A stretch of DNA of 64,000 bases, from assembly GCA_027604505.1 (NCBI GenBank), contig JADIIX010000016.1, positions 62,001 to 126,000 of the forward strand, given 5' to 3'. The notes below the pieces were generated by a model that saw nothing but the letters and a program-made list of their open reading frames with translations, searched no databases and had not been told where the DNA came from. Origin of the DNA: Gonapodya sp. JEL0774. Taxonomy: Eukaryota. Each line of letters opens with the position of its first letter. Position 1 is the first letter of the stretch. This document shows, one piece after another, positions 24,816-37,158 of the stretch. Position numbers and translations under genes: made by a program.

Positions 24816-27800
24816 ATGGTTCTACTGACGGAAGAGTCAAAGGCGAATCCCCACTGGACTCGCTCGCCCTCTCCTCCTTGGGTCCCAACCTCAAAGACGC
24901 CGATGCACTTGCCGTCCCATCACGTCTCAACCATTCCAGAACATCACCCAGAGTCTCCATCTCGATTCGAGGAGGCTCTCATGGTCTATGCAAGCTCGGC
25001 AGATGATCTGGAAACACATATTGCGGGCAAGGACACCAACATCGACCCGGATGGCGATATTGAGGCCGAGTTTGCTCGGGCACTTATAGCAGACCTCAGT
25101 GATCGACAGAAATCATCACAAGCACCACCAACGCGAGGGGTTTCCAGGGCGTCAACGGCAAAAGGTCGGGCCTCAATCGACGACACCACCCTCCGGTCCT
25201 GCCGCGTCTGTGGTTCTGGCTTACCAAACATGGCTCGTCGCTCTCCATCAAAGAGTAAAATGCGCTCATCCTCGCGTTCTGGCTCCAAACTGGACAAGCG
25301 GGAGGAAAACCCCGGCGTTTGTGCTCGTTGCTTGCACCACCATCACCTGGTTCCAATCGGAGTTCCCAAATCGGGTCAAGCATCCCACGCGAAGAGAGGA
25401 CGTGCGCCACATAGCTCTCACCGATTTCATGCTGAACAGGCAGAAATAAGAGGCGGGAGGTCCCGTGTTCAGAAACCCGCGTTGAACTCGGTTCAAGCTG
25501 TTCCCCGCCGCCATTCTCCCCCACCTCCAAGCAACCGCCTCACGGACTTTCTTTCCCACTTGACCCCGTATGACGCGCTATATTCTAATGGACCGCCCTC
25601 GTGGGAACATTTGCTCCAAGGTGACAAGCCCACCTCGGACAAGGGTACTGAGACCGAACAGGAGCCCCCACCGACCGAAGTGACTGCTCCGGACCAAAGA
25701 AAACGAGATATATCGGACGTCATGCATGTTCGTTCCTCGTCTGACCTCGCCAAGAAAATGAAGCGTGCGGAGCTGGTGAAAGCGGCGTTGAAAATGAGGT
25801 TCGTTTGACGGTTGCTCGCACTCTGTCTCCCATACAAGATCGTGTGTCACCATTCTCACTTGTGCTTGTTGCTCTCAGCAAAACACTACAATCCTTGGCT
25901 GAAGATTCGCATTCTCGCGAGTCAGGCTCCATGAGGGATGTCGGTGCGGGTATTCCCCCGCTCCAACAACCAAATTCGTCCGCTGCCAGAGAAACCGACA
26001 ATGAGCGTCGAAATGAAAACAGTGGAAGTGGCGATGCAACACATTTTGGGACTCTGGACCCCGAAAACGGGAGTGAGGGAAGGCCAGTACGCACTTCGCT
26101 TCCCAACAGAGTTTCCCCGCCTGGGTCGCCAACGCATCCAGCTGCGGTGTTCGCAAAGGTAGCTTCGCCGGATCAGTCGCTTTCTTTTAGACCGGCTGAG
26201 GCCGTGCAGGAAATTGCAGATCTCCGGAGAAGGATCACGGAACTCGAACGGGAGAAGTGGGAAAGGAAGAGAAGGGAGGACGATGAGGCGCGAATAAAGG
26301 ACGATGAAAAGGAAGTAAGTTTTGGGTGACTCATCTCCTGCCACCATGGACGCGAACATGACCACCATGTCTTGTGACTGATGTGGCAAGCACATTGCCC
26401 GCGCCAGCGTCTCGTCGGTTCCCGATCCCTTTCCATCCATCAAGCTCCGCCTCGCAGCCCAGCAGCACCTCGAGCGCCTAACTACCGAGTGCGGCTCCAC
26501 GCGGGAGCAGGTGGCTCTTCTTGAGCAGGAGGTCCAGCGACTGAGAGCCAAGAACGACACTCTCGACATGGCTGCCGACACTGTGGACGCGAGATTCAAG
26601 GAGGAGGCAAGACGGGAGACGATTAGAACTGTCGATTCCATCATAACACGACTGCGGATCACCCGGGTGGGTGTGCCAAGTGTGCTCCGAGAGTGGGAGT
26701 CGGAGTCGAACCTGGAGCAAGGTGTCTCTTCAGGGAAGTTCGACAAAGACACCTGTGCCGGTATCTGGACCGGCGCCATTGACCTTCTGGACTCCATGCG
26801 TGTCGTCCTTGACGGTGTCCTCGGTGCAAAGTCACAGGCCGTCGACGACATCTCCAATGCATTGGACCGAATAACAGCTTCGGCTGATCTGTTTGACCGA
26901 TCTGCATCCAGTTGCCTCGATCAAATGTCTCGCTTGACTGCACACCAGCTCGTGATCCAAGAAGAGAACACTGGGCTTCGGTCGGATCTCGCTGCGACCA
27001 TGGAGGAGGTCGACCAGATGCGAGACGACACGCGCGTACTGGTGTTGTACGCTAAGGAACTAGAGGATAGGCTCGCGATGCTCGAAGGCCTAGAGAAACT
27101 TGAGCGGGAGCGAAGGTGGAGTGACGACAGTGGTACTGGCGAAAGCGATGAACGGGACAAACCTCCCAAGGAAGGACAAGGTCCAATGGGAGCCATTGAT
27201 AGGGCATTGCGAAGAAGTAACCGCACGAGATCGAACTCGAGGACGAGGACGAGGACACGGACACGGACGGCGTCTGCACAGGGACTCGGAAGCAAGCAAC
27301 GAGGGCTTTCACTGTCAATGTTGTCAGTGGGAAGGAGTAGATCGGTGCCTCGGATTATTCCTTCTAATCAGGAGATGGACAATGAGGGACTAGGTAACGA
27401 TGCGTCTCGGCGTCGCCAAAAACACGTGGAAGGACATTTGGACGTGGAGCTGACTGGACTGGCCGCATTCAGGAACAAGCTGGACGAAATGGCGGAAGAA
27501 AATCAAAAACTCAAACAACACGCCCAGTACCTTGAACGAACAGTGGAAAAGTGAGTAGAGCCTTCTCTCGTGCGGTGTTGGTTGATCTGGCACAATCCTA
27601 ACATGTGAAACCGCTGCATGATAATCAGTTGGAAGTTGGAAAACTCCCGTCTTCGAGACCTTGTCGCTCATTCAGTACCAGTACCTGCGGCTCAACCAAG
27701 TGGTGACTCGCAAGTGCGGGAGGAAATGATTGCTCGGTGGAAAGAGCGCTGTCATGATCTCGAGCAAAAGCTCAGGGAGGCCCAAAAGGATCGCCTCACA

Positions 27801-28840
27801 GAAAATAGATTCCAGTCGAGGGCTCGTGTCGGAAAGTCTCTCTCTTCTTCCCGCTCTGATAGTGTGATTTCTGGTGACCTCATCGTTGAAGAAGAGATCC
27901 TTGCGAACGAAGGAAAGAGCTCACACACCCCCAACAAAACGCGGATGCGAACACGAATTTCAAAAACGGACGAGGCCGTAGCAACTATCAGTCAGAAGCT
28001 CGACAGAGCCCTTTCTCGGAAAAATGAGGAGGCGACAGCTGGAGTATTGAAGCGAGTCGACGATTTAGTCTCCGTGGTTCGCCAAACAGACGAAACCAGA
28101 GCCAAAGTGGACGCTCTGAAAGGTGTTGTAGAAGGTGGGTGGAACCGTTCGTGTGTGCACGCTCTCCGCAATCGCTCATTTGCACTATTATCGAATCAGA
28201 TTACCTCAACAAAACGCGGGCGCTCGAATCGGAAAATGAAGAGTTAATCGCACGTCTCGTGAAGTACCGCCAAAAATCTAAGCACTCGGAATCAATTTGG
28301 CTTAAGCGTTTCGAGGATGTTCAGAAGGAGCTCTTCATTTCCAAGGACATTCTTAAGGACTATGAGGCAGCCTGGCGAGCGCTTGAAGGAGTGGTCGCCA
28401 ACGGGATCGTACGAGCGCCCGGTGTGGACGATATGGGTGACGTTTGGAAGAACCTCAATTCTCAAATTGTGTCGCGAACGATGGCGGGGTCAACAGCGCC
28501 TGTAAACGGTGCCGCGTCCCCGCCTGCGACACACCCACTTCCTTTCCAGCTTTTGATCACCCATGTCATCAACCTTCATGCGTCGTCAGCACATACCCTT
28601 GCCCGACTTCGCAGCAAACACGATGACGTGCTAGCGGCACATGCTACTACGAAACAGCAGCTCGATCACCTCATCCGAGAGTTCAACGAAAGTGAAAAGG
28701 AACGCCGTGCCACTGTAGAGATGGTGGACAAGGAGAGGAAAAAAAACGAAGAGCTTGACAGGAAGCGGAAGGAAGCGGAGGCAAAGCTTGGCAAATTTGT
28801 TAGGGCGTATGGGGCTGTGTATGGTGGCAGTCAGGAGTAA
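24816..28840 (+). CDS. Large hypothetical coiled-coil protein (multi-exon)
   Basis: Consecutive same-strand ORFs (24765-25808, 25805-26329, 26511-27554, 27618-28247, 28139-28840) with intron donors (e.g. gtaagt ~26316, gtgagt ~27551) and E/K/R/L heptads. No family motif recognised. Confidence 0.65.
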
Positions 28841-29212
28841 TGCATTCTCTCATGTTTCTATTTATTGCTTGTGACTGTTGGTATCATTTCGTCTATAATA
28901 GTATCGTATTTATGAGCACGCACTGTCTTTTTTTGTTGTTGCTGTTTTCGCTTCTTCGATTGGTTTTGTCGCTACTGGAATGTCATTCAATTCATGGAAC
29001 GGGCGAGGTAGATGGTCTATCGTCATTCTTGTCAGGAGATGAAGGCTGGAAAGATTACCACAAGACAGCACCGCAGGCATGAATTGAGTTCGAACACTGT
29101 AATTCTACTTTGTTCATTCCCCGTTGCTTCGCTGTCTACTTCAATCGACGTTTCGCATCAATTACTGTACGTGTCCCGCAATTATATGTCTATATCCTCT
29201 CCACACTCCTTC

Positions 29213-30664
29213 TCAGTTGTTCCCATTCTTTCTTCCACCATTCTTCCCTCCGGCGCTCTTGGAAAATCTACTTAGCCTCGACATGACGGGGTCCTCGCCC
29301 AGCAAGGCGGTAGTACTCTCTCTAAGACTACTTGCACCACTGAGGGTCCGACGTGGACGGCCAGTAGGGTTGGTGGAATTGGAAGACTCAGCGTCACCAA
29401 AAGGCTCTCCGCTGGTAGGAGATTGTACGCCAAAACCCGCAGCACTGGCCTCCGCCATGCGCAACAAGGAGGGACCTTGTCCCAGTGCCCCATCTGCTCT
29501 CCTCGCAGCCGCCTCTGCAGCTCGCTTAAATGCCTCGCTCTTCGACCTGATCCCGCCAAGGAGTCTCGATGGGCGATCTGCAGGGAGACGGAGTGAGATC
29601 TTGGGCCGCACGTCACCAACACCGCGCCAGTCGTGGTCTGGTTCCCGTTCGATGATTGCTTTTCCCCGTAATGCACGCTTGGGTGCCCTCCACACTGCCT
29701 CGTCGTCAGGGGCAGCTTCCCAGTGAGCTTCGGACACTTCAAACTGCTTCAAGGTATCGCGGGCGTAGTCGATTTCCAAAGCATTCACAACGCGGAGGTG
29801 GGCCACGAAACCGGCGACGCCAACCAAAGTTTTGGGTCTCCGAACGATGCGGTCCCGATCATTGCGGGCAGGAAGTCGCCGACCTTCAACCGATATGAGA
29901 GGGACAGGTGGTTCGTATGAAACCATAAGGTTACCGAGGAGAGCATCAATATCAGTGATAGCGGATGGAGTGCTGGTGCTGGTGGAAGTGCCACCCAGTG
30001 CCATGCCGAGAAGGTCAGTTTTGGGTGGATTGGTCGACGACAGGGCGTGGTTTTGTGTAGAGTCTTGTTCGTCGAGATGGTGTGAGTAGTAAGGACCGTG
30101 GATGGGTATTTCGCCTGCTCCCCTGGTAGAATCCGGCGAGTCACCTCCGTACACCTCAACACCGCATTCATCACGGAGGAAGCGGAGCATATCCTCCTCA
30201 GACGCTCTGACTCCCGAAGAGGATTCGAGTTTAGCGCGGTACGTGTGCCATTTCTCTGAATTGTCTCTCGCGCGGCGGAGTAGCCAGGCGAATCGTTCTG
30301 GGCTCATGTGATGTAGGTCCACCTTTCGGGGTGATTCCCACCTGATATCACGGTACCTAAGGGAGGCAGGTTCCGTCTCAGCGGGAAAGTTTTCACGCCA
30401 TCGCGTGATTGCGTCTGCGATTTGTTGGCGTGGAACATGTTCTGTTGAAAGGTCTGCGGATGTGTCCAGTGATCGGACGGAGAACACGTGTGGGATTACA
30501 GTCTGGTGTCCAGAGACGTTCACTGCAGGAGGCAGCGATCTCTTAAGGCCAATGTTTCCAGTAGCACGTGCGGCGGGTGTCGATGGTGCCAGAAAGAGCA
30601 GTGGAAGTTTTGGGTCCACCTGCGTGAAGCGGGAAGAGCGAAAGACGGTGGCGAAAGAATCCAT
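29213..30664 (-). CDS. Probable mitochondrial small-subunit ribosomal protein, MRP51/bS1m-like
   Basis: Intronless 483-aa ORF. N-terminal FATVFRSSRF and GNIGLKRSLP resemble the LLRxSR and GDWGLKRxLP motifs of fungal Mrp51, and there is an internal VGVAGFVA. Recognised from memory, not by search. Confidence 0.55.
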   Translation of the reverse strand: MDSFATVFRSSRFTQVDPKLPLLFLAPSTPAARATGNIGLKRSLPPAVNVSGHQTVIPHVFSVRSLDTSADLSTEHVPRQQIADAITRWRENFPAETEPASLRYRDIRWESPRKVDLHHMSPERFAWLLRRARDNSEKWHTYRAKLESSSGVRASEEDMLRFLRDECGVEVYGGDSPDSTRGAGEIPIHGPYYSHHLDEQDSTQNHALSSTNPPKTDLLGMALGGTSTSTSTPSAITDIDALLGNLMVSYEPPVPLISVEGRRLPARNDRDRIVRRPKTLVGVAGFVAHLRVVNALEIDYARDTLKQFEVSEAHWEAAPDDEAVWRAPKRALRGKAIIEREPDHDWRGVGDVRPKISLRLPADRPSRLLGGIRSKSEAFKRAAEAAARRADGALGQGPSLLRMAEASAAGFGVQSPTSGEPFGDAESSNSTNPTGRPRRTLSGASSLRESTTALLGEDPVMSRLSRFSKSAGGKNGGRKNGNN

Positions 30665-31153
30665 CGCGGGGACAGTAAGGTAGTTTCAAGTCTTTTTCGT
30701 GAGAGAATTACGAAAAGGATGTTAGACGGGGCAACATGGCGTGTACCAGAAAGATGTGAAGTGTTGGTTGCTGGTCAACCACCGGCTCCAACAGAAAAAC
30801 TGTGTCCTCGTCGTAAGGGAACTACTCCTCCTGTTGTCCAGTGAAGAATTTTCTGAGGTATTTCACAGTGAGATTTCCTTGACATTTCCATTGTCCAATC
30901 CTTGTTCGTGTTGACTTTGACAAACCGTCTGTTGGACGGAACGTTACTGTCAGCCTAATTTTGAATATCACCAAAGAGTGGTTGCGAACGTTATTGGGGC
31001 CGTATATTTGTTTTAGTCCCTCCCGTTGGTTAACATTACGATCGCCTTGCGAACCAAGACACTTGCTTCCTTATCACTACCGCCCACTGTACTCGACATT
31101 CTTTCGCCATCTCTTGCAATCGCCTTTGTCATCCCAGAAATCCACATCTGTAT

Positions 31154-33286
31154 ATGATGATGGCCGAATCACCACCCTGCAAGCCTCTATTCCCCCTCAT
31201 ATCTCGCGTTTTTGGCAGAAAGAGCCGGTACTTAACGCAAAAGCACTCTTGTAATCAAGACGACATGAGCTTGCTGGAATACGAACAATCGAATATGCCG
31301 GTTACGTCATCCACACCTGCAATGTCCAGCACCGCGCAACTCGAGGAAGTGTTCCCACTAGTTCCAACTTCCCCACACTCCTACCCCTCTCCCGATCCAG
31401 AAAATTTTCACACGATTCATTCCGTCCTTCCATCTCTTCCAAGTAGCCACGAATCTTTTGGGTCAACTCCTCGTACTTCCTTTAGCGATTCTTCAACCAC
31501 CACATCGGAAGAACGATACATCTTGGAAGAGAAACTTTTTGAGGGCGACAGTGTGGTGGTTAGGGTTGGACGTTCAGTAAGGTTCTCACTCTGTTTGCAT
31601 CTTCAATTCACATATAAATTATTTCAATTTATTCACCTGCCTGCTTGTTGGCTCCGTTGCAGCTTCAAAGTTCCACACGTTACGCTCTCAAAATCCACCG
31701 TATCCCTCCCGACTCCCGTTCCCGGGCACACCTCTTCAATGAACTGTCCGCCCTGCTGCTCGTCTCTGCTTCTCACAAGCAACATAGCCACCCAAACATC
31801 CTAAACCTTCACGATCACTTCGTCGAGCCTGTCTCGAACGCACTCTGCCTTGTCACGCCGGTCTGTTCTGCTGGGGACCTCCATCGCTACGTCGTCCTCC
31901 ATGGGCCGTTACCAGAGCACCTAGCTCGGCCCATTGTCGCCGCAGTGGCGACTGGACTCGCGTGGATCCACCACCGAGGGGTAGTGCACAGAGACATTAA
32001 AGCTGATAACATATTTCTGCGACGTTTGCCTCAAGAAGAAGGGTTTGAGGCAGGGAGGGACGTGGTGATCGGGGACTTTGGTGAGACTGTCATTCTACCG
32101 ACTGTTTTGCGAGACCGCGCAGCGACGACACCGCGGCTTCACATGGCCCAAAAACTGTATCTGGAATCTTCCAACTACAAACACAAGCTGCCTCGGTTTC
32201 GTTCCTCCCGTATAGTTCATGGTAGTAGCGATCGTGCGAACCTTCTGCACTCGGATGTGGGTACACCCGGGTGGAAAGCTCCAGAAGTTGCCACTGTAAC
32301 CACTACCCAGCAAGGATACGATGGCAAACTCGCCGACTCTTATGGTCTGGGTATGTTGGCTTACTGGATGTGAGTGTTTGGCTGTTTGCATCCAAGGATG
32401 GCCCAACTTCAACCTCACTCTCTGATCAAAAAGTCTTTCCGCTCGACTCCCCTTTTCACACCGTACATCTACGCCCACCAGCGAGCTTCTCGATGCGTTA
32501 CTGGAGCGATACACGTTCGAGCCGGAATCGGTGTGGGCAATGGTATCGGAGGATGCCAAAACCTTTATCCGCGGACTTTTGAGGGCTGATCCACAAACAC
32601 GGATGACCGTCAACGAAGCTAGAGGACACGCTTGGATTACGGGAGGGAAGGATGGGGATGTCGGTATCGGAAGAACTGGTTTCGCAGTGGCCAGATCGAA
32701 CGATGGGAAGACTGTGCCTTACGGACTGGAGAATGAGCCTCCGTCTCGCGGGATAGTCTTGGTGCACGCGAGCACATTCCCACGACATAAAACAACTGCC
32801 GACAGCTCTTTATGGGACCCAGGCACGACACGGGTTCGGAGAGCGTTTGAGGATCTCGACATGGCCTGGAGTGCGCTGCAAGATTTGACAACCGCGAGAA
32901 ACTGGAGCGCGAGTGAAGGAAGAAACGATGAAATGGATCGACGGGCCTTTCCATCGGGGAATGTGATGGCAGCGATGGGACGCGGACAAAACGATCAAGG
33001 TGCTGATCTGATGGAGAGCAAGACACGCAATTCAAGCTCCGACGAGACCTCATCGTCTCGAATCAGTGTAGGGTTTGTGGAGTTTGACATATCAGAGGGC
33101 ACGATCGTCGGTGGCGTGAGGGACTCGGTGCGAGGTTGGATAGAGAGCGCGAAACAAGCGCGGGCTCTCGAAAAGGTGGAAGAGCAAGGACCTGCTGTTG
33201 GTGCGGCAGTCCATGCGAACCTGGACCGTGAGGGTGGAGACGACGGAGGACAAATGGGGAACTACCCACTCCCGTTTGAGGACTAA
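31154..33286 (+). CDS. Ser/Thr protein kinase, CAMK-like (3 exons)
   Basis: Exons ~31154-31576, 31663-32369 and 32434-33286 encode YALK, HPNILNLHD, HRDIKADN, IGDFG, GTPGWKAPE, DSYGLG and SEDAKTFIRGLLRADPQTRMTVNEARGHAWI. The start could instead be the ATG at 31265. Confidence 0.88.
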
Positions 33287-33368
33287 ACAAGGACAACGAG
33301 CGCAGGGCCCGCGAGGGTTCGAGAATGGCATTATGTGCATTTCATGACAAACAATACTACAACTTTTA

Positions 33369-34321
33369 CTAGACCGACAGCGCACAGTCCCGCTTTTGTT
33401 GATTTTTTTGCAACTCAAGCTGTGCAAAGTGTGCAAGCAGGGCCAACGGCTCTCTCACTCCCGCCAATGATGGTGGTGAAGCAAGCGCCGCGGGATTCTC
33501 CTCACCCCCCTCGTGTGCCGTGGTTCCGGCCGTCGAGGAGGATGGGACCGCCACACGATCGCCACCGTGCTTTGCAAGGATGCCGCACTCGTTGCGTTCA
33601 ATGTGAGATTTCAAGCGGTTTTGCCTGAGAGGTCATGTAAACGAAGAAACGAAAGCCCGCGTGGAAAACCCACGTTCGTCTGTTTGCTCGGAACACTGTG
33701 GCGCACGCGCGCACACGCACACACCCACCTCGAATAGTCCTTGCCACATCGTTGACACACGTAGGGTCTGGGCCCCAGCTCGTGCAGTTTCCGGTGTCGG
33801 TTGAGGTCGCTTTGGCGGTAGAACGAGGCGGTGCAACAGCCGCAGTTCACGCGGACTCGGCCCGGGGAATGAGTCATCATGTGAGCCTTCATGTTGAATT
33901 TCCTGGGGAGAGGCGGTGGGTGGGTGGGGCAATAAATTTCCGGGAAATGGTCAGTAAAGGCGGGTATGGCAGTGGTTTATCCCGCGAGTGCATATCGAAC
34001 ACAACAAACAACAAGAAAATCAAAGAAAAGCAGTGTAGGCGGGCCGGTGTGTCCGTCGGATCTCGCCGATACACGGCCGACTCCAGCGAAGCGCTGAGGC
34101 CGGGGGCCTGCTTTTGCGACCCGACTTCCGCATCGGTCCCACGAACCGAAATCCCCACGAACGTCCGCCGTCCGACCATCATTTTCCCCATCCGCTCCAA
34201 CTTACCGAGAAAACGGCAGGCCACACTCGGGACAGTGGTACCCGCACCTCGCTCCCGCAACGCTCTTGACGTCTCTGATCCCGTGTTGGCTCGTCGTCGT
34301 GGTGGTCCGACACGTGGACAT
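33369..34321 (-). CDS. C2H2 zinc-finger protein (2 C2H2 + 1 C2HC fingers; start uncertain)
   Basis: Introns 34205-33903 and 33728-33625 give YHCPECGLPFSR|KFNMKAHMMTH, CGCCTASFYRQSDLNRHRKLH, then GPRPYVCQRCGKDYSR|QNRLKSHIERNEC. Confidence 0.82.
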
Positions 34322-36042
34322 GTGGCATGGGATGCAAAGTGCCTGAAGAGGGTCCGATGCGAGCGGCACGGTGCACCCACACATACACGGGAGGGAGCGA
34401 TACGGGGTTGGTGACGGTGAAGGAGGAAGTCGTACCGTGAGGTCTGTGGACGGCTGGCCGGTGGGTCCGTGTGAAATGTACAGATAGGAGGGCGAGGCCA
34501 AGACTTGAGCGTGAGCGTAACCCCGGGCTGCCGAGGAGTGCGGGTGATGGTCTTTCCCTCCCTCGCGAGTCGATCTTTCGTAACCCATGCTGCGAACCGA
34601 GAAAGCAAAAAAGCGAAAGAAAATGAATCCGTTCAGCCGCCTTGGCTTCCTCCGCCGTAGGTAATGCGTTTCGATATATCGCTTTCTCAGCACATTTCTC
34701 CGTCGTTTGGTTTATGCATTTTGTGATCTATGTGTCTTTTGCTGTGGCAGCTCTATGCTGGGCCTGTGGACAGTCAGGAGGATGCGCAACCCCAGAGTTT
34801 TGGGGCTGGCGGCTGTGGAGTGACGAGTTATAGCGCCACGTTGCGCTGAGTTTATATCGTGGATACAACACTTTGATTTTGTGTGTTCATGCAATAATAC
34901 AGCAGAGCAAGTTAGTTATGTTGCAGCCCGCCGCAAAGAGAAAACGCATCAAATCGCATGTAATTCACAGCCGTTCCAACACCACACACACCCACTCCCC
35001 ACTTCTTACGACACACCCTCTATTCACTCAGCCACCTACGTGTACGTGGAGCTCGCCCCGTGGTGATGGGGCGGTGGGGCGGTGGCCCGTGAGCTGTGAA
35101 GCGGGCCGGCCTTGGGCGAGTGGTGACAAACGACAGCAGGGACACGTGATATTGATTGTTTTCGCCCAGGTCGGTCCGCTTCTTCTTCTCTTTATTTTGT
35201 TGTTCGCTCTCTTTTTTAGTTTCCACACGCCCTCCGCCCCCCTGCCGCGAATATTGTTCATGTTCAGCCAATGCTTTCGCGTTCCACGATACGTATCAAC
35301 ACACACAGTTTTCATCACGTGACAGATATGAGCAGACACAACAAACCGCCACATGCCCACTAAGCCGCAACGCCGCCCGATTTCGGCAGGCCGCTGTCCG
35401 TCTCTCGTGGCGCGAGCGGCAAAAGCGCCCCGCCTCATGTCATCGCGCCACGTGCTCAGTCCAACCTAGCCAGGCCCCGAGGACTTTTGCCGCTAATAAT
35501 GCCAGGGTCTGCTTTGGGCGTGCTGTGGTGTGGGCGCGCATGCGTGCTGTGGTGCTGTGGTGCTGTGGTGAGGCTCTGGAGGGCCTGTGGAGACCGAAGC
35601 GGGACGAGCGCGGAAAAACGGGAATCTGAAGCGAATGAGAGGGGCGAGTCGAGATCGTGGCTCTATTTTTTTTAAATATTTTGATTGGATGGGTTGTTCT
35701 GGGCTGGGGATTGTTGTTGGTGCGTAGGGGGTTGTGTACATACCGTGTCATAAAGTGCGGTTTCGACACAACAGACTCATTACAACGTGCCAGCAAGTTT
35801 CTCATACGGACGGACGTGGGAGTGGTGAGTGTACGTGGAGAAACGAGTTCTTGGAATTGGAATGGGCGTACACGGCACGGTCAAAAGTCTACCGGTCCAC
35901 ACTCGTCCAATAAATCCACACCCCACAGATCCACACTCCTCTGTCCACTCTCCACTCTCCACCTCTTCCCCCAAATGCCGCCCCCTCCTGCATCTCCTTC
36001 AACACCAACCCCACCCAGCCCCCATCCCCACCCCAGCCTCCC

Positions 36043-37158
36043 TCACACCAACAACTTTTCAATCGCCTGCTTTACGGTCGCAATCTGCTGCTTCAAGTCG
36101 CTCCCTTCGTTGGACGTGACCGAACACGCGATCACGGCACGGGACACGCCGCAGGCGCGACCGAGAGCGGCTTTGGAGGGGACAAAGACGTAGGGGACGT
36201 TCTGGGGTTGGTGGTGGTGGTGGTGGGGAGTGGGGGGGGGGGGGGGAGGGGGGTTTGGCGGGCGGGGGGTGGGAATGAGGGATGGGATGGGAGGCATGTA
36301 TGAGCAGGCCGACCCCGTCATGGGTGGTTTGGACTTTGTTGCATCGCTCGCTTAACCCTTCATCCTTCACCCTAAACGCTCTCCCGACCACTCGTAACGT
36401 CCTCAACCAAACCAAACCCACCCCGTTCGCAAAAAACCACACCAACCCCCAACCCCACCCCTACTACTCAACCCCCACAAAAAAAAATAACACACCTTAT
36501 CCTCACACAAGAGGGGCAAGTGGAGGAGGATCTCGAGAGGTTCCGTGTCAGCGGTGAGGACAATGAACTCGGAGATGCCGCGGTTGAGGGTTTTGGTGGC
36601 TGAGGTGGGTAGGAGGGGTAGGTGGGGTGGGTGGAAGACGGGAAGACGGGAAGAGGGAAGTGAGGGGTGGATAGGCGGGGAGAGGCAGAGGCTCCAGGCC
36701 AGAGCACGAAGGGTCGGTCGTTCGGTCGGGTCCGACACGACATCCGGCCCACATGGCTCTGTGATCTCCAAACACCAAAGTACCAAAGGATAAACTGGTC
36801 CATATGGGCTCACCGCTTCATATGGACCGCTCATAGGGTCAATTGGCCCATAAGGGGATCCACCGATCGCTCATAGGGTAAACTGGTCCATATGGGCGGA
36901 GACGAGGCCCACATGGACCCGCTCAGGTTTCTCTCGGCGGGGCAAGCCCGCACCATCTCGCTGACCCTCGCGCTGGGGCGGCCTCCGGGTTCGGCTTCGC
37001 TCACGTCCGACCGGGGCTCACTCAAACGTACCTTCATTAGCGCCCTTCTTGAGCTGTTTGTAGTGAGACGCCTGCTGGACGAGATCGAGGATCTGGTTTG
37101 AGAGCTGAGCATCAGCGAGGGGGAAGGCCTTTGGGTTTGGAGCGGCAGCGGAAGCCAT
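36043..37158 (-). CDS. SNU13: U4/U6 and box C/D snoRNP K-turn-binding protein Snu13/15.5K
   Basis: Exons 37158-37032, 36599-36496 and 36201-36043 give [106 protein letters not shown]...IEKLLV, a near-canonical Snu13. Confidence 0.97.
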
